Part shown: one piece after another, positions 13,416 through 26,890 of the stretch
Layout: every line of letters begins with the position of its first letter
Numbering within the stretch: position 1 is the first letter of the stretch
NCBI RefSeq assembly: GCF_963921235.1
Contig: NC_086097.1
Span: 189,412,001-189,476,000 of the forward strand
Length of the DNA stretch: 64,000 bases
Direction: 5' to 3'
Origin: Mobula hypostoma
Taxonomy: Eukaryota
Notes under the pieces: generated by a model
The model's input: the letters and a program-made list of their open reading frames with translations, nothing else
What the model was told of the DNA's origin: nothing
The model's database searches: none
Program-made: the position numbers and the translations under genes

Positions 13416-14448
13416 TATATTTCCTCATGTACTTATAACTGATTTATTATAATAGGATTTATGAACTATGCTGTCAAGACATGATGTAAAAGTATATAAT
13501 TATTTTATAATCTATTTACATACTTGGATAGATTCCACTGGGAGTTTGTAATTCACCAACTATTAATGGCAATGAACAAAATGCAACAAAAAATAAAAGT
13601 TAGCACTACTTAATAGCTTCTTAGATGTCAGAGAGAATATTGTCAGGAGAAACAAATGGAGAGAACAAAGTAAATTAAGAAGTAATGCCTACATAATGAT
13701 AAAAATAAGCTTGAATTACAAAAAGCTGTAGAAACAACTGAAAAATCAACTTGAAAAACTGAAAGAAATGTCAATACATTCTCTGCTACTCATTGCATAC
13801 ATAATGCTACTGCTGTTATCATACTATGATTTAAGAAGTGCCTTTGCAATTGATAATAATACATGGTCATCATCATTTGGTCTCATTTTGCAACTACTTG
13901 GATAAATAGGGTAATGTGCTAGGGACTTTATAACTTTAAAACTGTTAGGATGCAGAAATATAACTATACAAAACTGAAAATGAATCTTTCATAAAGGAAA
14001 GCAACAATAGCAGGTTCACTAAGGAAAGGGAAAACATACCAACTTTAAGCAACAAAGTATGAAATGGATTACATTTAAGAATAAGAGCTATACTATACAA
14101 TTTTTCAAAATAAATTAAATCCCTGTATAAATTTGCTCAAGATTTTCTGTAAGCAGTGCACACAAAATTTTGGAGAAACTCCAAGTGTTTCAAGTAGTCG
14201 TCACAACTAACATTTTAAAATCCAAAAATTAAAAAGTAGTGAAGAGGAGAAACAAAATATTCATGGTTCATCCACAACACTTCTAACAAAGCATCGTTCA
14301 GATTAGAAAACAAGAGAATTAAGGACAAATGGGAAAACATGATAAACCACAATTCAATTGACCTTAAAATGAAACCCAAAGCTCAATGGCAATGTCTGTC
14401 AGTTAAGATTATAATTGAGTTTGACTTTGCAAGAGAATCCTTACTTAC

Positions 14449-14514
14449 CACTTAAGTCTGTAATGCGATTGTATGACAAATTTAATCGAGTTAAATTGAT
14501 AAGACCATTAAGTC
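14449..14514 (-). CDS. LRRCC1: LRRCC1 coding exon 3 (GLNGLINLTRLNLSYNRITDLS)
   Basis: 66-nt single-LRR exon with TTTAG acceptor and G|GTAAGT donor, phase 1-1. Confidence 0.92.
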
Positions 14515-14624
14515 CTAAACACAAAACATTTTTCCAATTAATTCAAAGTTTAATGCACTGTTCAGCACAAGTATTATTTTCAGAGAACATTAATTTGAAA
14601 TGTATTTTATAAACTTAAATTCTT

Positions 14625-15700
14625 AGTTAAAAGTTCAAAATGTTCGAAGCTTAAAATAACTATCAGAATATACATGTCACCACATACAATCATGGGATTC
14701 TTTGTCGGCGGGCATACTTAGCAAAACTATAGAACAGTAACTGTAAACTGTAAACATCAGGAACTGTATAAACAAATTGTGCAAATGCAGATAATAAATA
14801 ACAAGATAAAAGAATCCTTAAATGAGTGTAGTTATCCCCTTTTGTTCGAGCGCCTGATAGTTCAGGCGTAATAACTGCTCTTGAACCTGGTTGTGTGAGT
14901 CCTGAGGTACCTGTACCTTCTACCTGATGGCAACAGTGAGAAAAGAGTATAGAAACATATAGAAACATAGAAAGCCTACAGCACAATACAGGCCCTTTGG
15001 CCCACAAAGCTGTGGCGAACATGTCCTTACCTTAAAAATTACCTAAGGTTACCCATAGCCCTTTATTTTTCTAAGCTCCATGTACCTATCCAGGAGTCTC
15101 TTAAAAGACCCTATTGTATCTGCCTCCACCACTGTTGCCAGTAGCCCATTCCATGCACTCACTACTCTCTGTGTAGAAAACTTACCCCTGACATCTCCTC
15201 TGTACCTACTTCTAAGCATGTCCTGGTTAATGACGATCTTTGATGATGGATGCTTCTTTTCTACAGCAACTTTTCATGTAGATATGCTCAGTGGTTGGGA
15301 GTGTTCTACCCATGATGTACTGGCCAAATCCAATACCCTTTGTAGGATTTTTCACTCAAAGGTATTGGGGTTCCCATACCAGGCTGTAATGCGGCCAGTC
15401 GGCACACTTTCCATTACGCATCTATATAACTTTGCCAAGGTTTGTGATGACGTGCTGAATCTATGCAGACTCCTGAGGAAGTAGAGGCGCTGTTGTGCTT
15501 TCTTCACGATTGTATTTATATGACGGGTCCAGGACAAGTCCTCTTGAGATAGTGACACCCAAGAATTTAAAGTTATTGACCCTCCCCACCTCTGATGATT
15601 ACTGGCTTGTGGGCCTCTGGTTTCCCTCTCCTGAAGTCTACTATCAGTTCCCTGGTCTTACTGACATTGAGTGAGAGGTTGTTTGTTATTACACCACCAT
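14625..15700 (-). mobile_element. Rex1/Babar-type LINE 3' part with a nested CR1 3' end (~14951-15215, minus)
   Basis: DLSWTRHINTIVKKAQQRLYFLRSL..TGRITAWYG. The nested piece has the CR1 tail (TTTCTATG)n and GGGCCAAAGGGCCTG. Confidence 0.75.
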
Positions 15701-15922
15701 TTCTTAAAAAGTAATCCCTTCTCTGGCATTATCTTGAACCCTTTTCTCCCCCAACCACCCCACATCAAAAAAACTCAATTCTGTAAAGAGGTGCTCAAAA
15801 AACACATTCAATTTTTTTGGGGCACCCAAAAATTTCATAAAATAAGCAAATCAAATTAGCACATCTCAGCAATATATTAACTGTTAAAAAAAAAAGTATT
15901 TCAGTGTAGCACATTTACAAAC

Positions 15923-16128
15923 CTTCTACTTTGGTTATTAAGTTACAGGATAGATTTAGTGTACGTAAGGCTACAAGAGTCTCCAATCCTTCAATACGAA
16001 TAATCTGATTGGAGGAAAGATCAAGATGCTGCAACTGCCATAGATGTCCAAGGCCCTCAATTCTGGAGATCTGATTGCAGTGAACATTCAACGTTCGAAT
16101 CTTTGGACTTAAAGGGACAGCCAGCAAG
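15923..16128 (-). CDS. LRRCC1: LRRCC1 coding exon 2 (SLLAVPLSPKIRTLNVHCNQISRIEGLGHLWQLQHLDLSSNQIIRIEGLETLVALRTLNLSCNLITKVE)
   Basis: 206 nt, AG/GT bounded, phase 2 to 1. SDS22-like LRRs; LQHLDLSSNQI.RIEGL and TLNLSCNLITKVEG are LRRCC1 signatures. Confidence 0.95.
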
Positions 16129-16764
16129 CTATTGAAAAATGAAAAGTAATTTCATTAAAAATATTTCCTTCATATAGCAAATGCTACAAACAGACAAACC
16201 TGTCAGCATGTGACCAAAAACATCTTTTAAATCACATCTTTTTTCTACAAATTTCATACCATTTTATAGCTGCATTTATTGGCACATAATAAAGCCAGAT
16301 TAAAATATAATTACTGACTATGACAAAGGTATACTGTACTTCCTCGTTCTTTTTCACATATCCCAAACTGATGACAGTTTATTACTCTTCTCCTCCGACA
16401 ATGCCTTGTTGCTGTCACTTCACTGGAGGTCACTCACATCATTGTGCTCTTATCCAACTGCTGCAAGAGAATGCTTCCACTAGTCTCATGATTAATTTGT
16501 CAGTGAACAACACAATAATTAAACACAATGTATTTGTTTCTGGCCCATGGACTCAATCTGACAGACCAGGAAGAACCTCAGAGATTCAGAGTTCATCTGG
16601 GAATTCAGAACACTGAAGCTGGATTTCAATTAGGTTGCAGAATAGCATCTTTCAAAGAAGACCAAACTGTGAAATGAGAGGTGTCAATTGAGCAGATACT
16701 AGAAGACATGGCTCTAGTCAGACATACAGCACAGAACAGACTCTTTGAGCCACACCACCAGCAT

Positions 16765-16970
16765 GAGTTAATCACGGGACAATTTACAATCACCAATTGA
16801 TCTACTAACAGCTAGGTCTTTGGACTGTGGGAGGAAACTGGAACACCTGGAGGAAACACACATTCCACAAGGGGGACATACAGACTCTTCACAGAGGACA
16901 CTGGGATGGAACTTTGACGCCCCAGGCTGCAATGTGTCATGCTAACCACTAAGCTACCATGCTGCCCCAA
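16765..16970 (-). mobile_element. tRNA-derived V-SINE (HE1-like) remnant
   Basis: V-domain-like core GTCTTTGGACTGTGGGAGGAAACTGGAACACCTGGAGGAAAC on the plus strand, with a tRNA-like head toward 16970. Confidence 0.6.
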
Positions 16971-18051
16971 GCTAGCTTGCAACATTCATAGCAAACATGA
17001 AAAATACTGATCAGTGTCCAAGCCTTTGGCAGAGTCTTGTATGACAATATAGTCAATGTAATATGTTTAGATTTAGACAATAGTGGTTGAAGGATGAGTC
17101 TATGAAGAAAACAGACGACATATAAATCTGCAGTGGGGTATATAATCTTACTCAGAAGACAAATGTTACCAAGGACATCTTTAAACTCACAGATTTCAGC
17201 AAGCCTGTATGGGAGCTCTTTGAGAGGGAGGTCAAAAGATTGATGATCTTGAAGGAAAAAAATAATAATTTTGAGAAAATTATGCCAAAATGATAAACAG
17301 AAAGCACAAAAGAAAAAAAATTGAAGCTGGCATTCACATATTGCAAAACAAAATGTTTTGCAAGATACTTAACCTAATTTCAAGTCTAAAAGTGTTAATG
17401 ACCACAATATCAGCTTGGGTAGGAGATACTGGCAGATGGGAAAATCTTATTAAAGGTTGCACGAAGATTACAGCTGATAGACAAAATTCTAGTCAGACTT
17501 TTTAGACTATCAAAATAATGGTAGGATGCACAGCTTGTTTTAGCAAGAGAAACTGGAAGGTAAACTCTCATCTAATAGAGAAAGCAGTTCTAAAGACAGG
17601 AACACTTCCACAACCCTTTATGAAGAAAGACCAAGACCACCAACGTGCTCTGAAACTATGTATTCATTGCATTAGTTTGATTTTCTGAAGCCACCCGAAT
17701 AATTTATGTTTTATTTAGACTTTCTTCTTAAACTTGTAATCAACCAAACGTGCATTTTGTAAAGCACATTACCTCAAAATCTGCATTGTGAACAATAACG
17801 TTTGTGTGGCTTAAAACATCAAGTCAGAGAAAGCTAGTTTTCCCTTAAACAAATTGATTCAAATACATATTTGGTAGTTAGAGTACATATCTTAGCTTAC
17901 ACAAATACTTATCTTACACATGGTCTAAAATTAAGTTCCACTGACCAGCAGCAAAATTACTTTAAAATACAAGAAACTCAAATGAATTCACAGACTTGAT
18001 TACCTTATATCCAAGAATCTCTACATTCCATTTAAGAGTTTAATAATGTAC

Positions 18052-18110
18052 CTGGTGATGGCCCTATCAATTAGACACAGTTCGTGGGATGCTTGATCAC
18101 CTTGTGCCAT
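18052..18110 (-). CDS. LRRCC1: LRRCC1 first coding exon (MAQGDQASHELCLIDRAIT-S); whole exon 18052-18149 including 39 nt of 5' UTR
   Basis: Polypyrimidine tract plus AG at 18151-18150, in-frame stops upstream of ATG 18110, and CAG|GTA donor. Phase 2 joins exon 2 as AGC. ELCLIDRAITS aligns to LRRCC1 DVCFMDKGLQS. Confidence 0.85.
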
Positions 18111-18309
18111 TTGCTTTCATTATTTGGCTGACACTCAGTAATTTGAGACCTAATCAGGAAAAGAGATAAAGTTCAGTTTAGCCGAATTGAAAAGTTTCAT
18201 TTCATGGTAGTACTAGATGCCTCGAGTTTGATCCCCATGTTTGTTTTGCCTCATTAGGAGCATAGACCCATAGAGGTTATAGGTTTTGGTAACTGATATA
18301 TAATCAGGA

Positions 18310-18895
18310 GTTCAAGTTTATTGTCATTCAACTATACACATGTATACAGCTAAACCAAACAATGTTCCTTTGGGATCAAGGTGCAAAATACAGTAAATAT
18401 ATCACATACAGGACACACAATAATACTACACAATATTAATAGATAAAAATTCTATAGATGTACAAGTTCACATAAAATGCACGCAAGACAGTTAAATACA
18501 CAATAGTATAATGCTACTGACACTGTCATAAATCATGTACATTGGGTGGGAGCAGGGTGCTCAGACAACTTCTCAGCCTAGGGAAAGCTGTTAACCAGCC
18601 TAACAGTCCTTGTTCTTACACTGTGGTACCTTCTGCTTGATGGTAGGAGGTTGAAGCGATTGTGGGACAAATGGGAGGGGCCCTTGATAATGCTGAGGGT
18701 TCTGAGAAACGCAGTACTTCTGGTATATGTCCTGGAAGGCGGAGGGACTGGGTGGGAGAAGAGAGACCCCGATGATTCTTTCAGTAGTGCTCCCAATCCA
18801 CTGCAGGGTCTTACAGTTAGATACTGTACCTTGCAGTTCCCCTATCAGCGACAATACAGCTGGTCAGGACACTCAGTAGTGCTCCCATAGAATGT
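18310..18895 (-). mobile_element. Rex1/Babar-type LINE 3' end
   Basis: IIKGPSHLSHNRFNLLPSSRRYHSVRTRTVRLVNSF, with an AATAAACTTGAACT tail. Confidence 0.75.
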
Positions 18896-18984
18896 GGCTT
18901 CTAACACTGGAGTTAAACTCCATAAGGTCTCATGATAAAAATGTGAACAGACAAAGGTTCCAGCTGATGAAAGACAGGGCATAC

Positions 18985-20915
18985 AACAATGCAAATGTTA
19001 GTCGTAAGACAGGGGATTGGGGAGCTTTTAAAAACCTAGAGAGCAACTACAAGAATCATTAGCATAAAATATGAAATATGAAAGCAAGCCAGCAAATAAT
19101 ATCAAAGTGAATAGTAAAAGCTTTTTCAAGTATGTAAAAAAAAGAGACGAGAGTGGATATAAGACTGCTAGAAAATGAAGCTGCAGAAATAGTAACAGGG
19201 AACAAGGAGATGGCAGATGAACTAAATGAGTATTTGCATCAGTCTTCACTGTGGAAGACATTAGCAGTGTGCCAGATGTCGAAGGGTGTGAGGAAGAGAA
19301 GTGAATGCAATTACTATCACAAGAGAGAAGGTGCTCAAAAAGCAGAAAGACCTGAGGGTAGATAAGTCACCCAGACCAGATGAACTGCTCCTTAGCGTTC
19401 TGAAAGAAATAATGGTAGAGATTGTGGAGGCATTAGAAATGATCTTTCAAAAATCACTGGGCTCTGACATGCTGCCAGAGGTCTAGAGAATTGCAAATGT
19501 CACTCTTTAGGAAAGGAGAAAGACAGCAGAAGGGAAACTGCAGACCAGTTAGCCTAACCTCAGTGTTTGGGAAGATGCTGGAGTCAATTGTTAAGGATGA
19601 GGTTATGGAGTACTTGGTGACACAGGACAAGATAGGACAACGTCAGAATGGTTTCTTTAAGGGAAAATATTGCCTGACAAACCAACTGGAAGTCTTTGAG
19701 GAGATTAGACATCTAATAGATAAAAGGGGTGCAGCAGATGTTGTACATTTGGACTTCCAGAAGGCCTTTGACAAGGTGCCACACATGAGGCTGCTTACCA
19801 AGTTAGGAGCCCATGGTATTAAAGGAAAATTACTGGCATGGTTAGAGCATTGGCTGATTGGTAGGAGGCAGCGAGTGGGAATAAAAGGATTCTTTTCTGG
19901 TTGGCTGCCAGTGACTAGTGGTGTTCTGCAGGAGTCGGTGTTAGGACCACTTCTTTATATGCTGTATATATCAATGATTTAGATGATGGAATAGATGGCT
20001 TTGTTCTTTGTTCTTTACAGATGATATAAAGATTGGTGGAAGGGTGGGTAGTGTTGAAGACTCAGATAGAATACAGAAGAACTTAGATTAGGAGAACAGG
20101 CAAGAAAGTAGCAAATTAAATATAACGTTGGAAAATGCATGGTCATACACTTTGGTAGTAGAAATAAATGTGCAGACTATTTTCTAAATGGGGAGAAAAT
20201 CCAAAAATTTCAGATGCAAAGGGACTTGGGAGTCCTTGTGCAGAACACCCTAAAGGTTAACTTGCAGGTAGATTCCATAGTGAGGAAGGCAAATGCAATG
20301 TTAGCATTCATTTCAAGAGATCAAGAATGCAAGAGCAGGGATGAGATGCTGAAGCTTTATAAGGCAGTGGTGAGGCCTCACCTTGAGTATTGTGAACATT
20401 TCTGGGCACCTCATCTAAGAAAAGATGTGTTGGCATTGGAGAGGGTTCAGAGGAGGTTCAACAAGGATGATTCTAGGAATGAAAGGGTATCATACGAGGA
20501 ACATTTGATAGCTCTGGGTCGCTACTCACTGAAATTTTGGATGGTGCGGGATCTCATTAGAACCCCTCAAATGTTGAAAGGTCTGGACAGAGTAGATGTG
20601 TAAAAGATGTTTTCCATGGTGGGGAAGTCTAGGACAAGAGGGCACAGGCTCAGGATAAAGAGGCATCCAATTAAAACAGATGAGAAATTTCTTGGACCAG
20701 AGTGGCGAATTTGTGGAATTTATTACCACAGGCAGCTGTGGAGGCCAGGTCATTGCATGTATTGTTAGGTTCTTGATTGTACACGGATTCAAAGGTTATG
20801 GGGAGAAGGCGGGGAGTGAGGCTGAGGTGGTGAAAGAAAAGATCAGCCATGATTTAATGGCAGAGCAGACTCGATAGGCCAAATGACCTAATTCTACTCC
20901 TGTGTCTTAAGGTCT
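18985..20915 (+). mobile_element. CR1 LINE, 5'-truncated, decayed ORF2 to 3' UTR
   Basis: GNCRPVSLTSV, LDFQKAFDKVPH, VRPHLEYC, and a 3' stem-loop/tail near 20870-20915. Confidence 0.9.
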
Positions 20916-21549
20916 TAAGATTATAACCAACCCTCTCTGCCTCCACACCAAGATGGACTTTGGTGCTGCTCATTGATCTTCCAGCCAAATATATCAAGCA
21001 GTACCACTGATCAAAGTAGCTAAGATCAGTCTTAGTGAGGGTGATGTAAGAATTGAGAAAAGTCACCTCCTTGTTCTTGCATTCTATACTTCAGTCAATG
21101 ACAACAGAAATCATGCATGACTGAATCACCTCACTTTCCTATCTTCAGGGAATTTGTGATTAAGAGCAGGCTTAAGAGGGAAATTCAAAGTACATTTATT
21201 GTTAAAGATTGCAGAATACAACCGAGATTCATCTTCCTCACAGACAGCCATGGAACCCATTCAAAGAAATACATCAAATCCCATGTGTAAAAAAAAAAAT
21301 CGAGCAAAAAGCACAATACTGTATAAAACACAATCGAAAGAGTCCAGGCATATTCAGTTCAGCTCAGTGTTCATTTTCTGCAGGCCAGCCCAATTTCAAG
21401 CCGCAAAAAATAGCAAAAACAAATCAGTGTCCAGAAGTTAGAAATACATTATAACGTGAAATACAGAATCCAATCAACAAACCGCATCGATTAAATCTTG
21501 CCAAGAACTCCAGCACCATCTTCCAAAAGCATCAGGAGAAAGAGAGAGA

Positions 21550-24415
21550 GTATGAGATGGGTTTGTTAAACAGGGTTAAAGATAACCCCAAGAGATTCTT
21601 CAGTCATAGCAACAGTAAAAGCCTGACTATGCCCTCTTAAAGACCATCAGGGCTGCCTATGCATGGAGCCACAGGAGATGGGTGAAACTTGTATTGTCTA
21701 TTTCTCCTTGTTTACGAAGTATATCATGGATTTCAAAGAAATGAGAATAATAGTGAGGCTTTGGATCATATGCATACAAAGAAAGAGGTATTTGCAGCCT
21801 TGGAGCATATTAGACAAATGCCCAGGGCTGGACCAAGAGCTCCTCTGGGCCCAGGAAGAAATCACAGAGGCCCTTGTGAAAATATTTGTTTTACTATTAG
21901 ACGCTGAAGTTCAAGAACACTGAATGTTGTTCCATTAGCCATGAAGTGTGATGGAAATATAGGCCAGTGGATCAGATTTAAATTGTAGGGAAGTTAGCAG
22001 GTTACTGGTATTCTCAGGGACAAGATTTTCCATTATCTGGATACGGAAGGCCTGATCAGGAATAGTCAGTATTGTTCTATGAGAGGTCACATATGATGAA
22101 TTTTCAGTTTTTTTGAAGAGATAACCAAGGGGTAGATGAAGGTATGGCAGTGAATGTGGTCAAAATGGATTGAAGAATGGCCTCTGACAAGGTCCTGCAT
22201 GGCTGACTGATCTGGAAGATTAGGTCGTGTGGGACCCAGGGGTAGCTAGTGAGCTGGATTCATTACTAGCTTGATGATAGGAAGCAAAAGATGATGGTTG
22301 AAGGTTGATTCTCCAACTAGAGACCTGGGACTCGTGGAATGCCCTAGGGGTTAGTATAGGGCTCTCGGTTATTTATTATTTCTGTAAATGATTTGGATAC
22401 CAGTATACATGACAGGATTAGCAAGTTAGCTGATGATAATAAATTATTAATTGTGAAGCAGGTTACAATAGAGATCTTGATTAGTTCAGGAGATGGGCTA
22501 ACGAATGATAAATAAATTCCAACCTAGATAAATTATGTGTTTCATTTATTCAAACCAGGGTAAGACCTAAATAGTGAATGGTAGGGCAATAACGAGTGCA
22601 GCAGAACCGAGGGAGCTCGGAGTACAAGTGCACTGTTCAGCAGCGCAACTGGACAAGGTGGTGAGGAAGCATTTAGCACGTTGGCCTTCATCAGTTAGGG
22701 CAGTGGGTTTAGTAGGGACATCACATTGTAGATATAAATGTTGTTGGTGAGACTGCTCATGGAGTGTTGAGTACAATTTCCATCACCCTGTTAGAGCCAA
22801 GACATTGTCACTGTCCAGCTGCATAGTTGTAGAAGAGATTTACAAGATCGCTGCCTGGACTAGAGGGTCTGAATTAGAGACCTTGACCATACTAGTTCTT
22901 TATTCCTTGGAGTGCAGGAGAACGGGACACAATATCATAGATGTCAATAAAATCATGAGGGGTATGGATAAGGTAGACAGTCATAGTCTATCAGACACAC
23001 AAGAGCTTTGAGTGACTGCTAATAGATCACATAAAATCCCCCTTTCCAGTTTGCCTACCGCTCAAACTGGTCCATTGACGATGCCATAGCTCGGCCCAGC
23101 ACTCCATCCCGTCCATCCTGGAAAACGATGCATCGTACACCAGAATGTTGTTCAACTTTAGCTTGATGTTTACCATGATCAGCCCTCAGAGGCTGGTGGG
23201 TAAAATGTTCCTGCTGGGAGTTGACACCCCCCTCTGTAACTGGATCGTGGACTTCTTGACGGAAAGACCCTAGCCGGTCCAAGCTGGCAGCAACATCTGA
23301 AGCTTCATCACGCCGAGCAATGGTGGCCCCAGAGCTGTATGCTCAGCCTGCCGTTGTTCACTTTGCTGACTCATGAGTGCACTGCCACATCCAACTCAAA
23401 CTACACCACCAAGTTCACTGACGATACAACAGTGGCTGGCCTCATCAGCAACAATGATGAATTAGCATACAGACAGGCGGTAGAGAGGTTTGTCAAATGG
23501 TATGAGAACAACAACCTGAGTCTCAACATGGACAAGACAAAAGAGATTTCAGGACTTCAGGGCAGTGCAGGTTGACAACTCAGCATTGCACATTAATGAA
23601 TCTGCTGTACAGAGAGTGAATAGCACAAGGTTCCTTGGTGTGCACATAATGGAGGACCTAACCTCGAGCCACACCACCTCATTGGTCAAGAAGGCACAGC
23701 AGTGTCTGCACTTTCTGTGGATATTGAGGCATGCAAGGCTCCCCACTCTCAATCTAACAACTTTCTACAAGAGCACCATCCGGTTGCCTGTCTGGCTGCA
23801 TCATTGTGTGGTATGGAAGCTGCAAGATATCGGACCGCAAGACCTTACAGAGGACAGCAAAAATCAGAAAAAGGATCACTGGAGTCTCCTTCCCCCCAGT
23901 TTTATGACATTTATCGGGAGTGTTGTATACGAAGGGCCCAAAGCATTGTTGAGGATCCCTACCACCCATCCCACAATCTCTTTGACCCACTATGGTCAGG
24001 AAGGAGGCACAGGACCATCAGGACTAACTGCCAGACTGGGTAACAGCTTCTTCCTTCAGGCTGTGAGACTATTGAATACCTTGCCAGCTTTGAGGTTTCG
24101 TCACTAGGACAATGAGCTGTTTACCTGTGCTGTATACTACTTGCATTTTGAATTATATTTTAGTAACTTATTTGCAGCAGTATTTCATTTTATGAGCCGT
24201 GTGTGATATATTGCATCTATTGTGGGCGCATCATGATCCAGAGGAATGTCATTTCATTTAGCTGTGTGTACGTACAGTCAAATGACAATGAACTTCAATG
24301 TACTCTTTTCCCCATGGTTGTGGAGCCCAATCCACAGGACAAATACAAGTGGGGAGAGATTTAAAAGACAATTGTAAGTAATTTGTTTACACAGGGGGTA
24401 GGGAATACCTGAAGT
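21550..24415 (+). mobile_element. Old CR1 LINE interrupted by a Rex1/Babar LINE (~23015-24300, +)
   Basis: CR1 motifs MEPQEMGE and DKCPGLD. The insert has QFAYR, KFTDDTTVAGLIS, LNMDKTKE, LVKKAQQCLHFL and RLGNSFFLQAVRLLN. CR1 resumes at TCTTTTCCCCATGGTT (~24304). Confidence 0.75.
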
Positions 24416-25449
24416 ATTTGGATAAAACACTTACAATCACAGGAGAAAGTACAAATTCCACACAGACACCACTGGAGGTCAGGGTTGAATCCAGATCACC
24501 GTGTCTATGAGGTAGGAGCTCTATTAGTTGCATTAACAGGCCATAAAAGTCTGTCATTGATAAATACTATCCAGATCAAAGTACCTAGAACTTAGTCCTG
24601 TAACATTCCACAGAAAATAGCTTCACAAGTCATTAAAATGTTGACCCTTTTCTCCATTAGACACAGAACCAGAATTAGGCCATTCAGCCCACTGAGTCTT
24701 CTTTACCATTCAATGATGGCTGTCAGGAAATTATTCTCCAGTCCAAAAAAAATTATGATTCCAGCTAACCCTTTCCCCTCTGATTTTAATGGGGTTTACT
24801 CTCAATCTGCCATGTGTGACCTCCTTGAAGTGATTACCAAAGGCCAAGTAAACTATATTAATTTCCACTCTCAGCAGCCCTCTCCTTGTCAGCTTCAAAC
24901 AGTTAAGTAGACTTGACTTCCCTGACGAGAGAAATAGTAAATTTGCAGTTCTGCAGTCCACCTGCATCCAGCCAGAAGAGGGTGCCATCGTGCATGATGA
25001 CAGCACAGAATGCAGGATGCAGAAAGGACAAAAACTGAAGTCTCTGCAATCAGCACATCAAATTCTACACTCTCACACGTAACACTTATTCCACACAAAA
25101 ATCAAGAAAGGAATAGGCACACTGGAAATAAGAGCTATAGGATCCTTATTCAAGCTGACAGTGTAGACTCAACACAAATATCTACAGAACAAGGTGGAAC
25201 ATCGTCCAGGTATTCCTTCTACAGGAACAGGGCATGCCCAATCTAGTCAATTACTGCTAATCTCCACCGACCTTGCAATATTGCCGCCATGTCTCTGACC
25301 ACCATTTCCTCTGCACTTCTTGAACACGCTGCTTTCCCTTCAAATTCACACTCACTTTCCCAGTTCTAGTCATTTACCCTGGCAGCACTGCTCAAAGGCT
25401 CTGAAAGTCACAAATTGCACCTCAGCAAATAACAACAAAGAGTCAGTTT

Positions 25450-25890
25450 CACACTTGCGTGCATAGGATTGAAAGAGGCTACAAAAGGTTGTAGAATCAG
25501 CCAACTCCATCATGGGTATATTAGCCTCCCCTACAGAGAGGGCATCATCAAAAGGTGAGGCCTCAAAAAGGTGGCATCCATCATTAAGGACCACCATCAA
25601 CCAGGACATGGCCTCTTATTGCTACCATCAAGAAGGTGGTACAGGAGTCTGAAGACACATACTTAATGCTTTAGAAACAGCTTCTTCCTCTCTATCAGAT
25701 TTCTGAATGGATATTGAACCCCTGCACACTACCTCATTTTTCTCTTTTCCACTATTATTTTATTGTAACTTATAGTAATTTTTATAGTCATAGTCATACT
25801 TTATTGATCCCAGGGGGAAATTGGTTTATGTCTTATGCTGTACTGCTGATTCAAAGCAACAAATTTCAACGTCATTGATAACAGATTCTG
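25450..25890 (+). mobile_element. Rex1/Babar-type LINE 3' end
   Basis: GCATCCATCATTAAGGACCACCATCAACCAGGACATG..GAAACAGCTTCTTC and CAAATTTCA..GATTCTGAT tail. Confidence 0.6.
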
Positions 25891-25971
25891 ATAGCATCAG
25901 TCCATCCACTTTAGACTTTCAATCCGTTTGGCAAAAACAAGATCAAGAAACTATTCCCCAAAACTATTACC

Positions 25972-26050
25972 ACTTATTCCAGCCACAAGTGGAAACCTTT
26001 ATTCACGAACTTATTCCAGCCACAAGTGGAAACCTTTATTCACGAACTTA
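25972..26050. repeat. Perfect tandem duplication, 37-bp unit x2 plus 5 bp
   Basis: ACTTATTCCAGCCACAAGTGGAAACCTTTATTCACGA at 25972-26008 and 26009-26045, followed by ACTTA. Confidence 0.95.
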
Positions 26051-26629
26051 GTTTTCCTAGCATTCACACTCACTTTTAACTTCAACTTCGGTGTCCTAGC
26101 CAATCCAAGTAAACTTTAGAATACATAATTACATTCTAGTATCACTTTATATTACAAACTGACACGAATTTATCCGTTGTTGAAATGCTACTAAATGCTG
26201 CCTTTGTTGCTTACAATTTACATTTCCTCAAACTACTTTGCAGACAATTAATTCTTAAAGCGCCAACTAAATTCTTACACAGAAAACATTAGCACCAGAG
26301 AAGGTCCTGCTAATCAAGCTATGAATTTGCAGAACACATACAATATTGCATTTTTGCTACTCTACAATTTACAGAATTTTGAAACCAGGTCAAGCACGAT
26401 CCATTAGAGCTGCAGACGGTGGTATCTCTCCAAACAGGGTAGTTAACGAATGGATATGTTTACTTAACGTGGACTCCTCCAAGTTCCTTCTGTTGATGCC
26501 ATTAAACAGTGAAAAGGTGCCTTACTCCCGGATAATTCCAGACAGCTAATCCCAGTTTTAACACAACTATGACAAAGAACGTGAAATAACCATTGACCAT
26601 TTGGAGTTGTTGATTTGAGTGGAGATTAA

Positions 26630-26890
26630 ATGACCGAACGCCCGATATGTTGGTACTTCCGATTTCACTCGGGTCCTGGTCCCGCCGCCCCACTTCCGCA
26701 GCATCTCCATCGCAACCGCAACGCGCAGCCAAACTCCGCCATCACATAAAGACCGACCGAAGGCCCAGCCCCTCCTACCTTCCCGCTCCAAGCGTTCAAA
26801 CTCGGCGCCTCAATCCCCTTCCCGTCCGCCTGCTCCAACCATCCTCCGAACCCCGCAACCGGTAAATAAGTTCCCCCCAAACCACGTCCT
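26630..26890 (-). promoter_or_regulatory. LRRCC1: CpG-island promoter / probable non-coding exon 1 of LRRCC1
   Basis: Only non-repeat CpG-dense patch in the window, ~8.5 kb upstream of the ATG exon. ETS-like ACTTCCG at ~26655 and ~26692; X-box-like GTTGCGATGGAGAT (minus, 26703-26716). Candidate minus-strand donors after 26779 (AG|GTAGGA) and 26526 (GA|GTAAGG). Confidence 0.7.

Noticed and set aside
25972..26050. 37-bp repeat of CRISPR-like length
   Set aside because: The units are directly adjacent with no spacers, and the context is vertebrate with no cas genes.
26502..26880. Short ORFs on both strands in the CpG island
   Set aside because: Expected from GC-rich, stop-poor sequence; no protein motif.
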